Source of the DNA: Octopus sinensis
Lineage: Eukaryota
Reading direction: 5' to 3'
Assembly (NCBI RefSeq): GCF_006345805.1
Contig: NC_043020.1
Span: 7,254,001-7,318,000 of the forward strand
Length of the DNA stretch: 64,000 nt
Below, one piece after another: positions 12,648-24,713 of the stretch. Both the position numbers and the translations under genes were made by a program. The notes under the pieces are model-generated. The model had not been told where the DNA came from. It saw only the letters and a list, made by a program, of their open reading frames with translations, and did not search any database. Numbering within the stretch: the stretch's first letter is position 1; each line of letters starts with the position of its first letter.

Positions 12648-15600
12648 GGCGGCGAGCTGGCAGAAATGTTAGCACGCCGGGCGAAATGCTTAGCAGTATT
12701 TCGTCTGCCGCTTCGTTCTGAGTTCAAATTCCGCCGAGGTCGACTTTGCCTTTCATCTTTTCGGGGTCGATTAAATAAGTACCAGTTACGCACTGGGGTC
12801 GATGTAATCGACTTAATACCCATGTCTGTCCTTGTTTGTCCCCTCTATGTTTAGCCCCTTGTGGCTAGTAAAGAAATAGGTATTTCGTCTGCCGCTACGG
12901 TCTGAGTTCGAATTCCGGCGAGGTCAACTTTGCCTTTCATCCTTTCGGGGTCGATTAAATAAGTACCAGTTAGTGGGGTCGATATGATCGACTTAATCCG
13001 TTTGTCTGTCCTTGTTTGTCCCCTCTATGTTTAGCCCCTTGTGGGTAGTAAAGAAATAGGTATTTCGTCTGCCGCTACGTCTGAGTTGAAATCCGCGAGG
13101 TCGACTTTGCCCTTCATCCTTTCGGGGTCGATTAATAAGTACCAGTTACGCATTGGGGTCGATATAATCGACTTAATCCATTTGTCTGTCCTTGTCTGTC
13201 CCTCTATGTTTAGGCCCTTGTGGGTAGTAAAGAAATAGGTATTTCGTCTGCCGCTACGTTCTGAGTTAAATTCCTGCCGAGGTGGACTTTGCCTTTCATC
13301 CCTTCGGGGTCGATTAAAGTACCAGTTACGCACTGGGGTCGATGTAATCGACTTAATACCTATGTCTGTCCCGTCTGTGTTTAGCCCCTTGTGGGTAGTA
13401 AAGAAATAGGTATTTCGTCTGCCGCTACGTTCTGAGTTCAAATTCCACCGATGTCGACTTTGCCTTTTATCCTTTCGGGGTCGATTAAATAAGTACCAGT
13501 TACGCATTGGGGTCGATATAATCGACTTAATCCATTTGTCTGTCCTTGTCTGTCCCCTCTATGTTTAGCCCCTTGTGGGTAGTAAAGAAATAGGTATTTC
13601 GTCTGCCGCTACGTTCTGAGTTAAAATTCCGCCGAGGTGGACTTTGCCTTTCATCCCTTCGGGGTCGATTAAATAAGTACCAGTTACGCACTGGGGGTCG
13701 ATGTTAATCGACTAATACCTATGTCTGTCCCGTTCTGGTGGTTTAGCCCCCTGTGTGGTAGTAAAGAAATAGGTATTTTCGTCTGCCGCTACGTTCTGAG
13801 TTAAAATTCCGCCGAGGTGGACTTTGCCTTTCATCCCTTCGGGGTCGATTAAATAAGTACCAGTTACGCACGGGGGTCGATGTAATCGACTTAATACCTT
13901 TGTCTGTCCCGTCTGTGTTTAGCCCCTTGTGGGTAGTAAAGAAATAGGTATTTCGTCTGCCGCTACGTTCTGAGTTGAAATTCCGCCGAGGTCGACTTTG
14001 CCCTTCATCCTTTCGGGGTCGATTAAATAAGTACCAGTTACGCATTGGGGTCGATATAATCGACTTAATCCATTTGTCTGTCCTTGTCTGTCCCCTCTAT
14101 GTTTAGCCCCTTGTGGGTAGTAAAGAAATAGGTATTTCGTCTGCCGCTACGTTCTGAGTTAAAATTCTGCCGAGGTGGACTTTGCCTTTCATCCCTTCGG
14201 GGTCGATTAAATAAGTACCAGTTACGCACTGGGGTCGATGTAATCGACTTAATACCTATGTCTGTCCTTGTCTGTCCCCTCTATGTTTAGCCCCTTGTGG
14301 GTAGTAAAGAAATAGGTATTTCGTCTGCCGCTACGTTCTGAGTTAAAATTCCGCCGAGGTGGACTTTGCCTTTCATCCCTTCGGGGTCGATTAAATAAGT
14401 ACCAGTTACGCACTGGGGGTCGATGTAATCGACTTAATACCTATGTCTGTCCCGTCTGTGTTTAGCCCTTGTGGGTAGTAAAGAAATGGTATTTCGTCTG
14501 CCGCTACGTTCTGAGTTAAATTCCGCCGAGGTGGACTTGTGCCTTTCATCCCTTCGGGGTCGATTAAATAAGTACCAGTTACGCACTGGGGGTCGATGTA
14601 ATCGACTTAATACCTATGTCTGTCCCGTCTGTGTTTTACCCCTTGTGGGTATAAGAAATAGGTATTTCGTCTGCCGCTATGTTCTGAGTTAAAATTCCGC
14701 CGAGGTGGACTTTGCCTTTCATCCCTTCGGGGTCGATTAAATAAGTACCAGTTACGCACTGGGGGTCGATGTAATCGACTTAATACCTATGTCTGTCCCG
14801 TCTGTGTTTAGCCCCTTGTGGGTAGTAAAGAAATAGGTATTTCGTCTGCCGCTACGTTCTGAGTTAAAATTCCGCCGAGGTGGACTTTGCCTTTCATCCC
14901 TTCGGGGTCGATTAAATAAGTACCAGTTACGCACTGGGGGTCGATGTAATCGACTTAATACCTATGTCTGTCCCGTCTGTGTTTAGCCCCTTGTGGGTAG
15001 TAAAGAAATAGGTATTTCGTCTGCCGCTACGTTCTGAGTTCAAATTCCACCGATGTCGACTTTGCCTTTTATCCTTTCGGGGTCGATTAAATAAGTACCA
15101 GTTACACACTGGGGTCGATATGATCGACTTAATCCGTTTGTCTGTCCTTGTCTGTCCCTCTGTGTTTAGTAGCCCCTTGTGGGTAGTAAAGAAATAGGAA
15201 TTTCGTTCAGAGTTCAAATTCCGCCGAGATCGACTTTGCCTTACGCACTGGGGTCGATCTAATCGACTTAATCTCCTTTGTCTGTCCTTGTCTGTCCCCT
15301 CTTGTTTAGCCCTTGTGGGTAGTAAAGAAATAGGTATTTCGTCTGCCGCTACGTTCTGAGTTGATTAAATTCCGCCGAGGTGGACTTGGCCTTTCATCCC
15401 TTCGGGGTCGATTAAATAAGTACCAGTTACACACTGGGGTCGATATGATCGACTTAATACCTATGTCTGTCCGTCTTGTGTTTAGCCCCTTGTGGGTAGT
15501 AAAGAATAGGTATTTCGTCTCTGCCGCTACGTTCTGAGTTCAAATTCCACCGATGTCGACTTTGCCTTTTATCCTTTCGGGGTCGATTAAATAAGTACCA

Positions 15601-15836
15601 GTTACGCATTGGGGTCGATATGATCGACTTAATCCGTTTGTCTGTCCTTGTCTGTCCCCTCTGTGTTTAGCCCCTTGTGGGTAGTAAAGAAATAGGAATT
15701 TCGTTCAGAGTTCAAATTCCGCCGAGATCGACTTTGCCTTACGCACTGGGGTCGATCTAATCGACTTAATCCGTTTGTCTGTCCTTGTCTGTCCCCTCTG
15801 TGTTTAGCCCCTTGAGGGTAGTAAAGAAATAGGTAT
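12648..15836 (+). repeat. Tandem array of SINE B bodies, about 18 units of about 135-185 bp
   Basis: One SINE head at 12648, followed by repeated tatttcgtctgccgctacg...gggtagtaaagaaatagg units. Confidence 0.95.
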
Positions 15837-16257
15837 TGGTGGCTAGGACGATTGTTGAGTTTGATGCATGACCCTGCTTCCTGAAAGACATATTGGGACA
15901 AATGGGTTTCAGGCGATTTTGTTGCATGAATCTTCTTCTTTTTGGCCCCTTTCTTAGGTCCCTTCTCCCCCCCCCCCCCACAAATTCCCTGTCTTTCTTT
16001 CTTTGCTTTTGTTTCTTCTTCCTCTTCTTTTTCTCCTCCCTCCCTCCCTCCGTTCATATCATTTTCCTTTGCTTTCCTCTACTTTCTCTATTTGTTTCCA
16101 CCCACCCCCACTCCCTTCTTTGTCCTTCCTCTTCTTTCTCCTCTGCCTGCTTCTTTACCTCCTCGTCCTCCTCCTTCTCTTAAGTTCCCCATTTCCTTTT
16201 CCCAGTCTCCTCCTCCCCTTCCTCCATTGAGTCTCCACTTGATTTTCTTTTTTCCTT

Positions 16258-16650
16258 TTTCTTGTTTCAGTCATTTGACTGCAGCCATGCTGGAGCACCG
16301 TGTTTAGTTGAACAAATCGACCCCAGGGCTTATTCTTTGTAAGCCTAGTCTCTTTTACGGAACTGCTAAGTTACAAGGATATAAACACACCAACATCAGT
16401 TGTTGAGCAATGGTGGAGGGGATAAACACAAATACACGTGCACATACACACATATGTATATGTGTTTGTGTATATATATATATATATACACAACGGGCTT
16501 CTTTAAGTTTCCATCTACCATATCCACTCACAAGGCTTTGGTCGGCCAGAGGTTGTAATAGAGAACACTTGCTCAAGGTACCACGCATTGGGACTGAACC
16601 CAGAACTATGTGGTTGGGAAGCAAGCTTCTTACCACACAGCCACTCCGCA
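16258..16650 (-). mobile_element. SINE family A
   Basis: Diverged reverse complement of 571-957. Confidence 0.8.
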
Positions 16651-17101
16651 CCTATATTTTTATTATATTTTTTTACAATGCAATTAATGAACACCAGCCT
16701 TATTGGTTATTGGTTTCCACTGAACCTATCATTAATGTAACAAGGGAGTGTATCTGACTCAGTGCAGAACAAATAACTCATAAAAAATATTTGTTCTGTA
16801 AATGCCTTTACAATTTTTAGTTCTCACTAAGGCATCACCTATGCCCTTGTAGCAGTTTACGATGATACCACTTTATCAGTCATTGAGTATCACACACCCC
16901 TGAATAACTTGCTTAATTATCCAAGCAGTAATTTTATATCACTCTTCCCCCGATATTTTAAGCTTTCTCTACAATTATCCCCAATGGACCCACAGCTTTT
17001 CTTTCTTCAATTCCTTGATAACTTTATCTGCCGTGTTCTGTCAACTTGAATTGCCAGTCCCTTTTTTGGGATCAGCATAGAATAATCCCTGATTATTCCG
17101 A

Positions 17102-17460
17102 ACCATCCGATCGTGGCCGTTGCCAGTGCCGCCCCGACTGGCCTCCATGCTGGTGGCACGTAAAAAGCACCATCCGTTCGTCGTGGCCATTGCCAGCCTC
17201 GCCTGGCCCCTGTGCCGGTGGCACATAAAAAGCACCATCCATCCGTGGCCGTCTGCCAGCTCTGTCTGGCACCTGTGCGGGTGGCACATAAAATGCACCC
17301 ACTACACTCACGGAGTGGTTGGCGTTAGGAAGGGCATCCAGGCGTAGAAACACTGCCAGATCAGACTGGGCCTAAGCAGCCTTCTGGCTTCACAGACCCC
17401 AGTTGAACCATCCAACCCATGCTGGCATGGAAAGCGGACGTTAAATGATGATGATGATGA
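17102..17460 (+). mobile_element. SINE-like family D with (GAT)n tail and internal ~60-bp repeats
   Basis: ggtggcacgtaaaaagcacc repeats, gttggcgttaggaagggcatccag core, tail cccatgctggcatggaaagcggacgttaaatgatgatg. Other copies at about 6586, 28125, 37155, 38485, 41700, 44190, 51765, 52680, 53780, 58028 and 59660. Confidence 0.8.
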
Positions 17461-17984
17461 TATTCCATGCATTCCCCCACATTCAGCACCCTTTCATAAC
17501 AACACCTCCACACCAGTTTCTTTTGTTCCATATCGATGGTGAACTTGCCTTCATCCTTCCAAATACATTTCTCACCAATGCCATCTCAGTTCTCTGTTAC
17601 ATTTTGTCTTGCAATCTTAAACACTTCCCTCCTCTCATCCTCATCGTGCAGGACATGTGCAGATCTCTTCCTCTCTGCTTCACTTCCAGCCAAGTACTCC
17701 TCATACTTAGATACACTTCTTGCCATTCTCTAAGGCTCCTTACAAGCCTCGTCCTTCCAGTCTTTCCAAGCCTGTCCCTTTGCCTTAACTGCCCCTTTCA
17801 ACCTTATCATTCCCCCACAGTGTTACTTTTGGGGTGGTTTTCCTGCCTGGGTGGGTCTTTGCTCCAGCCACATGTCTCACCTGTTGCCCTAAGCAGATTA
17901 TCTCATGGATGCTTTGGGTATCTAAATCTTCTCTCTCCCACTGTCATGAGCATCATATATGTATATATGTATGTATGTATGTGT

Positions 17985-18332
17985 CAAGTCCTCGTTAAAG
18001 GCCTGTGATATGCAGGACACTGACTGGGAGAACAATGCCTGTCATCGCCACAGATGGAGGAAGCAGGTTAAGGAGGGGATCGACACTTTTGAGAGAGCAC
18101 GTATCCAGCATGAAGAACTTAAGTGTGCTGCTCGAAAGTGCACTGCTGGTGTAAGTGAATGGGGAAAGCTTGGTCTGCAATGTTTGCAGTCTTGTATGCT
18201 TGTCAAGAGCAGGGCTCATTAGCCACCAACGGAGCCGCAAATGCAAAATATAAGTTAGTCCTAGAGCACACAATGTTCCTGAAGGTCGGCAGTGGTCTTC
18301 CTCGGTCACGAGTGGATGGCCATCATCATCAT
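17985..18332 (+). mobile_element. 5'-truncated, frameshifted RTE-clade LINE 3' end
   Basis: SLKACDMQDTDWENNACHRHRWRKQVKEGIDTFE, then in a shifted frame the C2H2-like VCNVCSLVCLSRAGLISHQRS, then a (CAT)n tail. Confidence 0.75.
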
Positions 18333-18418
18333 GTATGTATATGTGTGTGTGTGTTTGTCTTTTACTTGGTGGGGGTGGGGGGGCAGCAGCAGCGGGCAGA
18401 ACTGTTATCACACCAGAC

Positions 18419-18637
18419 CAGTGCTTTTCAAACTTTTTGCTGGAGCGGAACCCCAAGGAAACATTACACTGGCTCGAGGAACCCCTGTACAATAATTTAA
18501 TAGTCTTATGCACACATATCTGCACAGGAGACTTAAAAATTACTGCCGATTTTAGCAGTTTTGTAACTTCTTGCGGAACCCCTGGACTATACTGGCGGAA
18601 CCCTAAGGTTCCGTGGAACCCTGGTTGAAAACCACTG
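18419..18637. mobile_element. hAT-like MITE inserted in a SINE B head
   Basis: TIRs cagtgcttttcaa / ttgaaaaccactg with an exact 8-bp TSD caccagac (18411-18418 and 18638-18645). Confidence 0.85.
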
Positions 18638-18814
18638 CACCAGACGAAATGTTTAGCAGCGTTTTTTCCATTTTCCAAGTTCATATTGAGATCAATGCAA
18701 TCAACTCTTCTCCCTCTCCCACCACGACTACCACCCACAAATTTCAGGCCTTGTGTCTTTAGCAGAAAGCATTATCAACTTTTTGTAACCCCTGAAATCC
18801 TCTTCCTCTTCCAG

Positions 18815-18918
18815 CTTCAGAAGCAAACCAATGATGTTGACACTTACTCGAAAGATGCAGCACCCATCCTTTTGAAGGCAGAAAATTTAAAGAAATTGCA
18901 AGTGTTTATAGTTGCAGT
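18815..18918 (+). CDS. PIGU: PIG-U exon, LQKQTNDVDTYSKDAAPILLKAENLKKLQVFIVAV
   Basis: ctcttccag| ... |gtaagt, 104 nt. The phase-2 end fits the next exon. An alternative in-frame acceptor lies 6 nt downstream (start 18821). Confidence 0.82.
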
Positions 18919-19542
18919 GTAAGTATGTCATTTGCTTGTTTCAGTCACCGCACTGTGCCCATGCTGGAGTACTGCCTCAAAGAGCTTTTAGTTGAACAAA
19001 TCAAATACAGTACTTATTTTGTGTTTTGTTGGGGTTTTTTTTTTTTGTTTTGTTTCATAGCAAAGAAATCCTTCTTACATCATCTGTAACAACAAACAGA
19101 ACTCAGCTCAGCTAATTCTGGGGTCCTAAAGAGCATATTCATATGCATATATACCCTTTTGCTTGTTTCAGTCATTTGACTGTGGCCATGCTGGAGCACC
19201 GCCTTTACTTGAGCAAATCGACCCCAGGACTTATTCTTTGGATGCCTAGTACTTATTCTCTCGGTCTCTTTTGCTGAACCACTAGGTTATGGGGATGTAA
19301 ACACACCACCATCGGTTGTCAAAGCGTTGTTCGGGGGACAAACACACATAGATACATATATACGACAGGTCATAGTGCTAGTATATATATATATATATAT
19401 ACACATACATACATACATACATACATACACACACACTCATGCACATGACTGTACATACATGCATAAACACACACTTCATTTCATGTTGCTCCAATCCCCT
19501 TTTCATCTACTTCCATCCTCTTTGTATATATACACTTATATA

Positions 19543-20920
19543 TCTATATATATATAAAACTGAGAATGTCTGTCTGTTTCCCTAAAACTTGAGAACTACA
19601 CAACCAATTTCATTCAAATTTTACACAAGCCTTACTTAGGGTCCATGTAGTGTCATGGGCAAAAAGAATTTTTAACTTTCGCCTAGGGCGAGCCCACAGT
19701 AATATCATATCTTCTCCACTATGATTCCCTAAAACTTGAGAACTACACAACCAATTTCATTCAAATTTTACACATGCCTTACTTAGGGTCCATGTAGTTT
19801 CATGGGCAAAAAAAATGTTTAACTTCTTGCCTAGGGCGAACCCACAGCAATATCATATCTTCTCCACTATTTCAGTATTACGTGTTAAAAGTGAAACAAA
19901 AACATCTCTCTTGTATGTATATGGATGTATATATATATTACAAAATATAAAGTTTATCTTGAGATCGTTAGTGACAACAACGCTCAAAATATATGAGACT
20001 GGAATAGTAGTGCTCAAATGAGCTGTATACACTTTTTAATCTGAGGGGAGGCAATGCGAGCACCAACTACAAGAACACTAAAAATCCACAGAAAGATCAA
20101 ACACATACATATATTATTCATATATTCATTTATATCTACAGAACAGATATAAAGCTCGACGTTTAGAATTATATAGTAATATATAAATATATAAACATCA
20201 TATAAAAATATATTGTACGCATAAGATCCACTCGACGTTCCATAAGAAATTTAGAAATAAAAATAGCAATAAAAGTTAGAGGTAATAATAACAGTTGAAT
20301 TAAATATAGTAAATATAGTAAGTAGTAATTAAAATAAAACTAAAATATGGTAATTAAATCGTAATATAACAATTAAAAGATAAAATAGCAATTAGTATAA
20401 AATGTATCAAGGACTTGAACTCGAATATGTGGCTTTGCATGAATGGGAGAAATTAAAAGATTAAAAATTTGAGTGCAGAAGTGAATTAGTCCAGATGGAG
20501 CTGTGCGCATACCATTTACTTATAGCTGCTAGATTGAATTATATGCTTATAAAGTAGCATTCAGTATCTAAGAGTATTTTGGGGAGTACATAATGTCTGG
20601 TCTTTCGCATGTAGCAGGTATGTAATTGTGCATTTGTTTCCGTGTACTATGTGTTGTGTGTAAAAAACATCCTAACGAGGGGAGTGTCAATTTTAAATAT
20701 ATGATATGTTTCATATTAATTGGCACATCTCCAAACGGCCCGTAGATGAACTTTTATGTATTTTTGTAAATTTGTATATTTATCTTCTATGTATTTTTCT
20801 CTGGAATTTTAATTCGTCTTTTTAATATGTCATTGTATGTTTTATTACCACAAATTTTTAATTTAACAAATTTATACCAAACCAGCACTATTTCCCGGTA
20901 ACACTGGGTCATAATGCTAG
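19543..20920 (+). mobile_element. Non-autonomous Helitron (about 1.38 kb)
   Basis: A|TCtatatatatataaaactgagaatgtctgtctg 5' end. 3' hairpin cccgg-taaca-ctggg, then CTAG|T. Internal ~145-bp direct duplication. Confidence 0.75.
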
Positions 20921-20939
20921 TATATATATATATATATAT

Positions 20940-21214
20940 AGTGATAGTATGTTGTCAACTTAATGTAACAGTCCCATGAAAAGGAAGAATGCTACTGCTA
21001 TTTAGCCCATGAAACACCGTTTCCAGTTGGCCATGTTACATTTTCTGTGTCGTTATGCATTGCTGGGTAGAGGTGCTTATCTCCCCCTTTGTAAACATAA
21101 GGACACAGGAAATGTGTCATGGCCAACTGGAGACGGTGTTTCCTAGGGCTAAATAACAGTAGCATTCTTCCCTTTTATGGGACTGTCACATTAAGTTGAC
21201 AACATACCATCACT
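20940..21214. repeat. Long imperfect inverted repeat (arms about 118 bp, loop 38 nt)
   Basis: 20940-21057 is about 90% identical to the reverse complement of 21096-21214. Confidence 0.92.
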
Positions 21215-21382
21215 TTATCATGCTGCTACTGTTTAAGTCTCTCTGAGATTTAGAAATGCAATATAAGTGAGGGTAAAAAAATTAAAATACCAGTGGTTTT
21301 TAAAATACCAATTACCAGTGGCTCGCATGCTTAATAAAAGTCATGACAAAATATTTTTATTTATAAGAGTGTATAAAGATTT

Positions 21383-21635
21383 ATACACGGAGAGAAGACA
21401 TTTGACAGGACTTCTTACATGCTAAAAAGGGCAGTTAAACCCAAACCACAAAAAAAAAAGGAATTCTTAAGACATGCTGCTAATAGACACCACAGTGAAT
21501 TAGGATTAACTAATTTTTTTATTCACTCTAGTGCCAATTAGTACTGTGCCTTAAGGATTCCTTTTCTTGTGGTTTGTGTTTAACTGCCCTTTTTAGCATG
21601 TAAGAAGTCCCGTCAAGGTTCTTCTCTCTGTGTAT
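21383..21635. repeat. Second long imperfect inverted repeat (arms about 115 bp)
   Basis: gacttcttacatgctaaaaagggcagttaaac ... gtttaactgccctttttagcatgtaagaagtc, with centre agtgaat...attcact. Confidence 0.9.
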
Positions 21636-21809
21636 GAAAATTTGTATATATTTATATTCTTTTTCGTGTGTAAATTCTGTGTGTGGCTTTTATTACTCCT
21701 TGGTTAGCATTTGCCCTTTGTCAGTGTGTCCCTAAGTTTTGCTGTCTATAAGGAAATGTTTAATAAAATTGTTTTCTTTTTTTCCTTTTTTTTTTTTAAT
21801 CTTTTCCAG

Positions 21810-21910
21810 GCATTTCTTGAATCCATACAGTATTGGAGTTTGTTTAGCCAGATCAACTGGAATAATCCATAATTTTTTAATTTTGTTGGCTTTCTACTGG
21901 ACTGCTAAAG
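21810..21910 (+). CDS. PIGU: PIG-U exon, HFLNPYSIGVCLARSTGIIHNFLILLAFYWTAK
   Basis: cttttccag| ... |gtttgt, 101 nt. LNPY...C.A.ST motif characteristic of PIG-U. Confidence 0.92.
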
Positions 21911-22859
21911 GTTTGTTCATCTTCAAAATTCTTCAGAGTAAACACATACACCACACACATTTGTATATTTTATTTATACATAATATATATATATATTATA
22001 TTGTATATATGTATATATACATAATATATATATATATTATATTGTTTAACGTCTGTTTCCCGTGCTAGCACGGGCTGGACGGTTCGACCAGGGTCTGAGA
22101 AGCCAAGAGGCTGCACCAGGCTCCACATACATACATACATATATATATATATATGCATACATACATAACCATGGGATCAGCCAATTCAGCCCAAGTTACT
22201 GACTTAGTAGGTATTCACATACTATATCATTTCGATAATGAATTCCCGGAAAATAGAAACGATGCAATATTTTTGATCAACAGTAAATCCAATAGAAAAA
22301 TAAACCTATCTATGAAAAAGTTCCATAATTTCTTTACATACATATATATGTATATGAATATGTATAGGTGTGTTTGTGTTCCCTAGTCTTGACATTGTGT
22401 GATACTTGTGAAATGATTATTACTCTGCTTTCCATGCTGGCATGGATTGGATGATTTGACCAGAGCTGCAAGCTGGAAGGCTGCACCAGATTCCAGTCTA
22501 ATTTGGTTTGGTTTCTATGGTTGGATGCCCTTCTTTGTACCAACTACTTTACAGAGAGTACTGGGTACTTTCTGTGTGACACTGGCATGGGTGCTTTTTT
22601 GCATGGAACACACCTCAAGGAAATCAGCATCCTACATTATGCATCAGGCCCTAATCTTGAACCCATAAAGGAGCTGGAAGTGAGGAGACCCTAAAAATAG
22701 CTGGAAGTAGGATACTAAGGCAGAGTTGAAAAAGAGCAGGGGTCCAACTGGGGAGAAGCAGAAAAGACAGCCCAGAGTCAAGAACAAGGGAGAAACATCG
22801 TTTTTTGCTGTCATATGCGTGTGTGTGTGTAGTGTTTCTGGACCAAAATTCTAAAATAC

Positions 22860-23193
22860 ATCACTCTCTTTCTCTCTCTCCCTCTCACATACACAAACTG
22901 TCTTCCTCTCTCACACTTCCTCTCTCTCTCTTTTGCATACCCTTACTGTTTCACACACTCTCACTCTCTCTTTCTCTCTCTCCCTCTCTATCACACTTTC
23001 AGATTCATATTTACGCTCACACTCTTCCATACACTCACTGTCTCACACACACACACATCCACACTCTTTCTCTCTCTCTCTCTCTCACATACACACACTC
23101 TCTCTCTCTCTCTCACATACACACACACACTCTCTCTCTCTCTCACACACACACACACTCTCTCTCTCTCTCTCTCTCACATACACACACACA

Positions 23194-23231
<38 letters not shown>

Positions 23232-23940
23232 TAGCCTCACTCTCTCATTAAGACACACTCTAACATACATTCTCTTTCTCATACACACACACACTCTCTT
23301 GCATGCACACACATCCACACACACTCCCCCTCTCTCTCTCATGCACTCACTCACATATACATTCTCTTTCTCATGCACTCACTCACCCTCAGACATACAC
23401 TTTCTTTCTCCTACACACACACTCTCACTCACATTCACATATACACTGTCTTTCTCATACACACATACACTCCTTCTGTCTCTCTCTCTCTCTAGCATGC
23501 ACACACATCCACACACACATTCTCTCTCTCTCTCATATAGCCTCACTGTCTCATTTAGACACATTCACTCTCACATACACACTCTCTCTCATGCACTCAC
23601 TCACACTCACTCTCACACATACACTCTTGCATGCACACACACACACTCTCTCTCATGCACTCACTCACACTCACTCTCACACATACACTCTCTTTCTATC
23701 ACACACACTGTCTCTCATGCACTCACTCACACTCACACACACACACACACCCTCTCTCATGCACTCACTCACCCTCACACTCACTCTCACACATACATTC
23801 TCTTTCTCTCACACACACCCAAACTCTCTCTCATGCGCTCACTCACTCTCACACATACACTCTCTTTCTCACACACACACACTCTCACACATACACTCTC
23901 TCTCATACACACTCACTCACTCTGTCTCTCTTTCTCTCTG
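22860..23940 (+). repeat. Degenerate (CA)/(CT) microsatellite tract abutting a PIGU acceptor
   Basis: About 1.1 kb of CA/CT/CTCA repeats ending at ctgcag|23944. Confidence 0.95.
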
Positions 23941-23943
23941 CAG

Positions 23944-24041
23944 CCAACATGATCCTATCCACCTTATGCCTGGCAATGGCCACCTATGAATGCTTCTACC
24001 CTGTGGTGCTCTGTGTCCCCGCGGCTCTATATTTCTACCAG
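23944..24041 (+). CDS. PIGU: PIG-U exon, ANMILSTLCLAMATYECFYPVVLCVPAALYFYQ
   Basis: ctctgcag| ... |gtcagt, 98 nt. LA.ATY...YP..L.VP motif. Confidence 0.92.
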
Positions 24042-24549
24042 GTCAGTATTCTCTCTCTCTCTCTCTCTCTTACTACCATTAATCCATCAGGACTCTCTAA
24101 CTCTGAAAGTCTTTATGTGGTTGGTCAAACAGCTAAAAACAGCAGCTAAATCTATGTCAGATCTCACACATACTACCACCTTAAAAAAATGGGAAGAACA
24201 CGTTAGATAATGCAGCCCAAGGTGGACTGTGCTGAGAAAAATATAAGACAAGATGACAACAGCTAGAGTACCATAGATTGTTGCTTTACTTAATTGAGGC
24301 TGGTTTGGTGATGACAGAGCTATGTGGTGCTAAGCATATATTTACCATAATTCTCCAAGCACTACATAATGATAGTCTTCAGCAATTATCACTTTTGTTA
24401 TTATGGCGGTGAGCTAGCAGAATCATTAGCACACTGGACAATACCCTTAGCAGTGACTTTTCTTTACATCCTTTTGGGGTAGCTGTTAATTACCTTAATT
24501 ACATTTGTGTTTCATGTTTTTTTTTCTTCTCTTTTTCCTCTATTTCCAG

Positions 24550-24713
24550 TGTGATTGCTATCAAAAGAAAAACACAGACTCAAACACCACATCTAGTTTG
24601 CCATATTTTATAAAAACATTCATCCTTTTTGTATTTTGGTTAAGCCTGCTGTTCAGTATTTCTTACATGCTACAAGACTCCCTGCAGTTCTTTAATTCCA
24701 TATATGGATTCAT
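24550..24713 (+). CDS. PIGU: PIG-U exon, CDCYQKKNTDS...LQFFNSIYGF
   Basis: tatttccag| ... |gtaagg, 164 nt, phase 0/2. Ends in YGF(I), directly before the VPDLTPN motif. Confidence 0.88.

Noticed and set aside
10330-15836. Regular repeats as a CRISPR array
   Set aside because: Whole units repeat with no unique spacers, the units are SINE-derived, the context is a eukaryotic intron, and there are no cas genes.
17995-18738. 247-aa minus-strand ORF
   Set aside because: It crosses an antisense RTE fragment, a microsatellite, a hAT MITE and a SINE, so it is a chance open frame.
22805-24149. Long His/Thr/Leu/Ser ORFs
   Set aside because: They are translations of CA/CT microsatellite. Only 23944-24041 is exonic.
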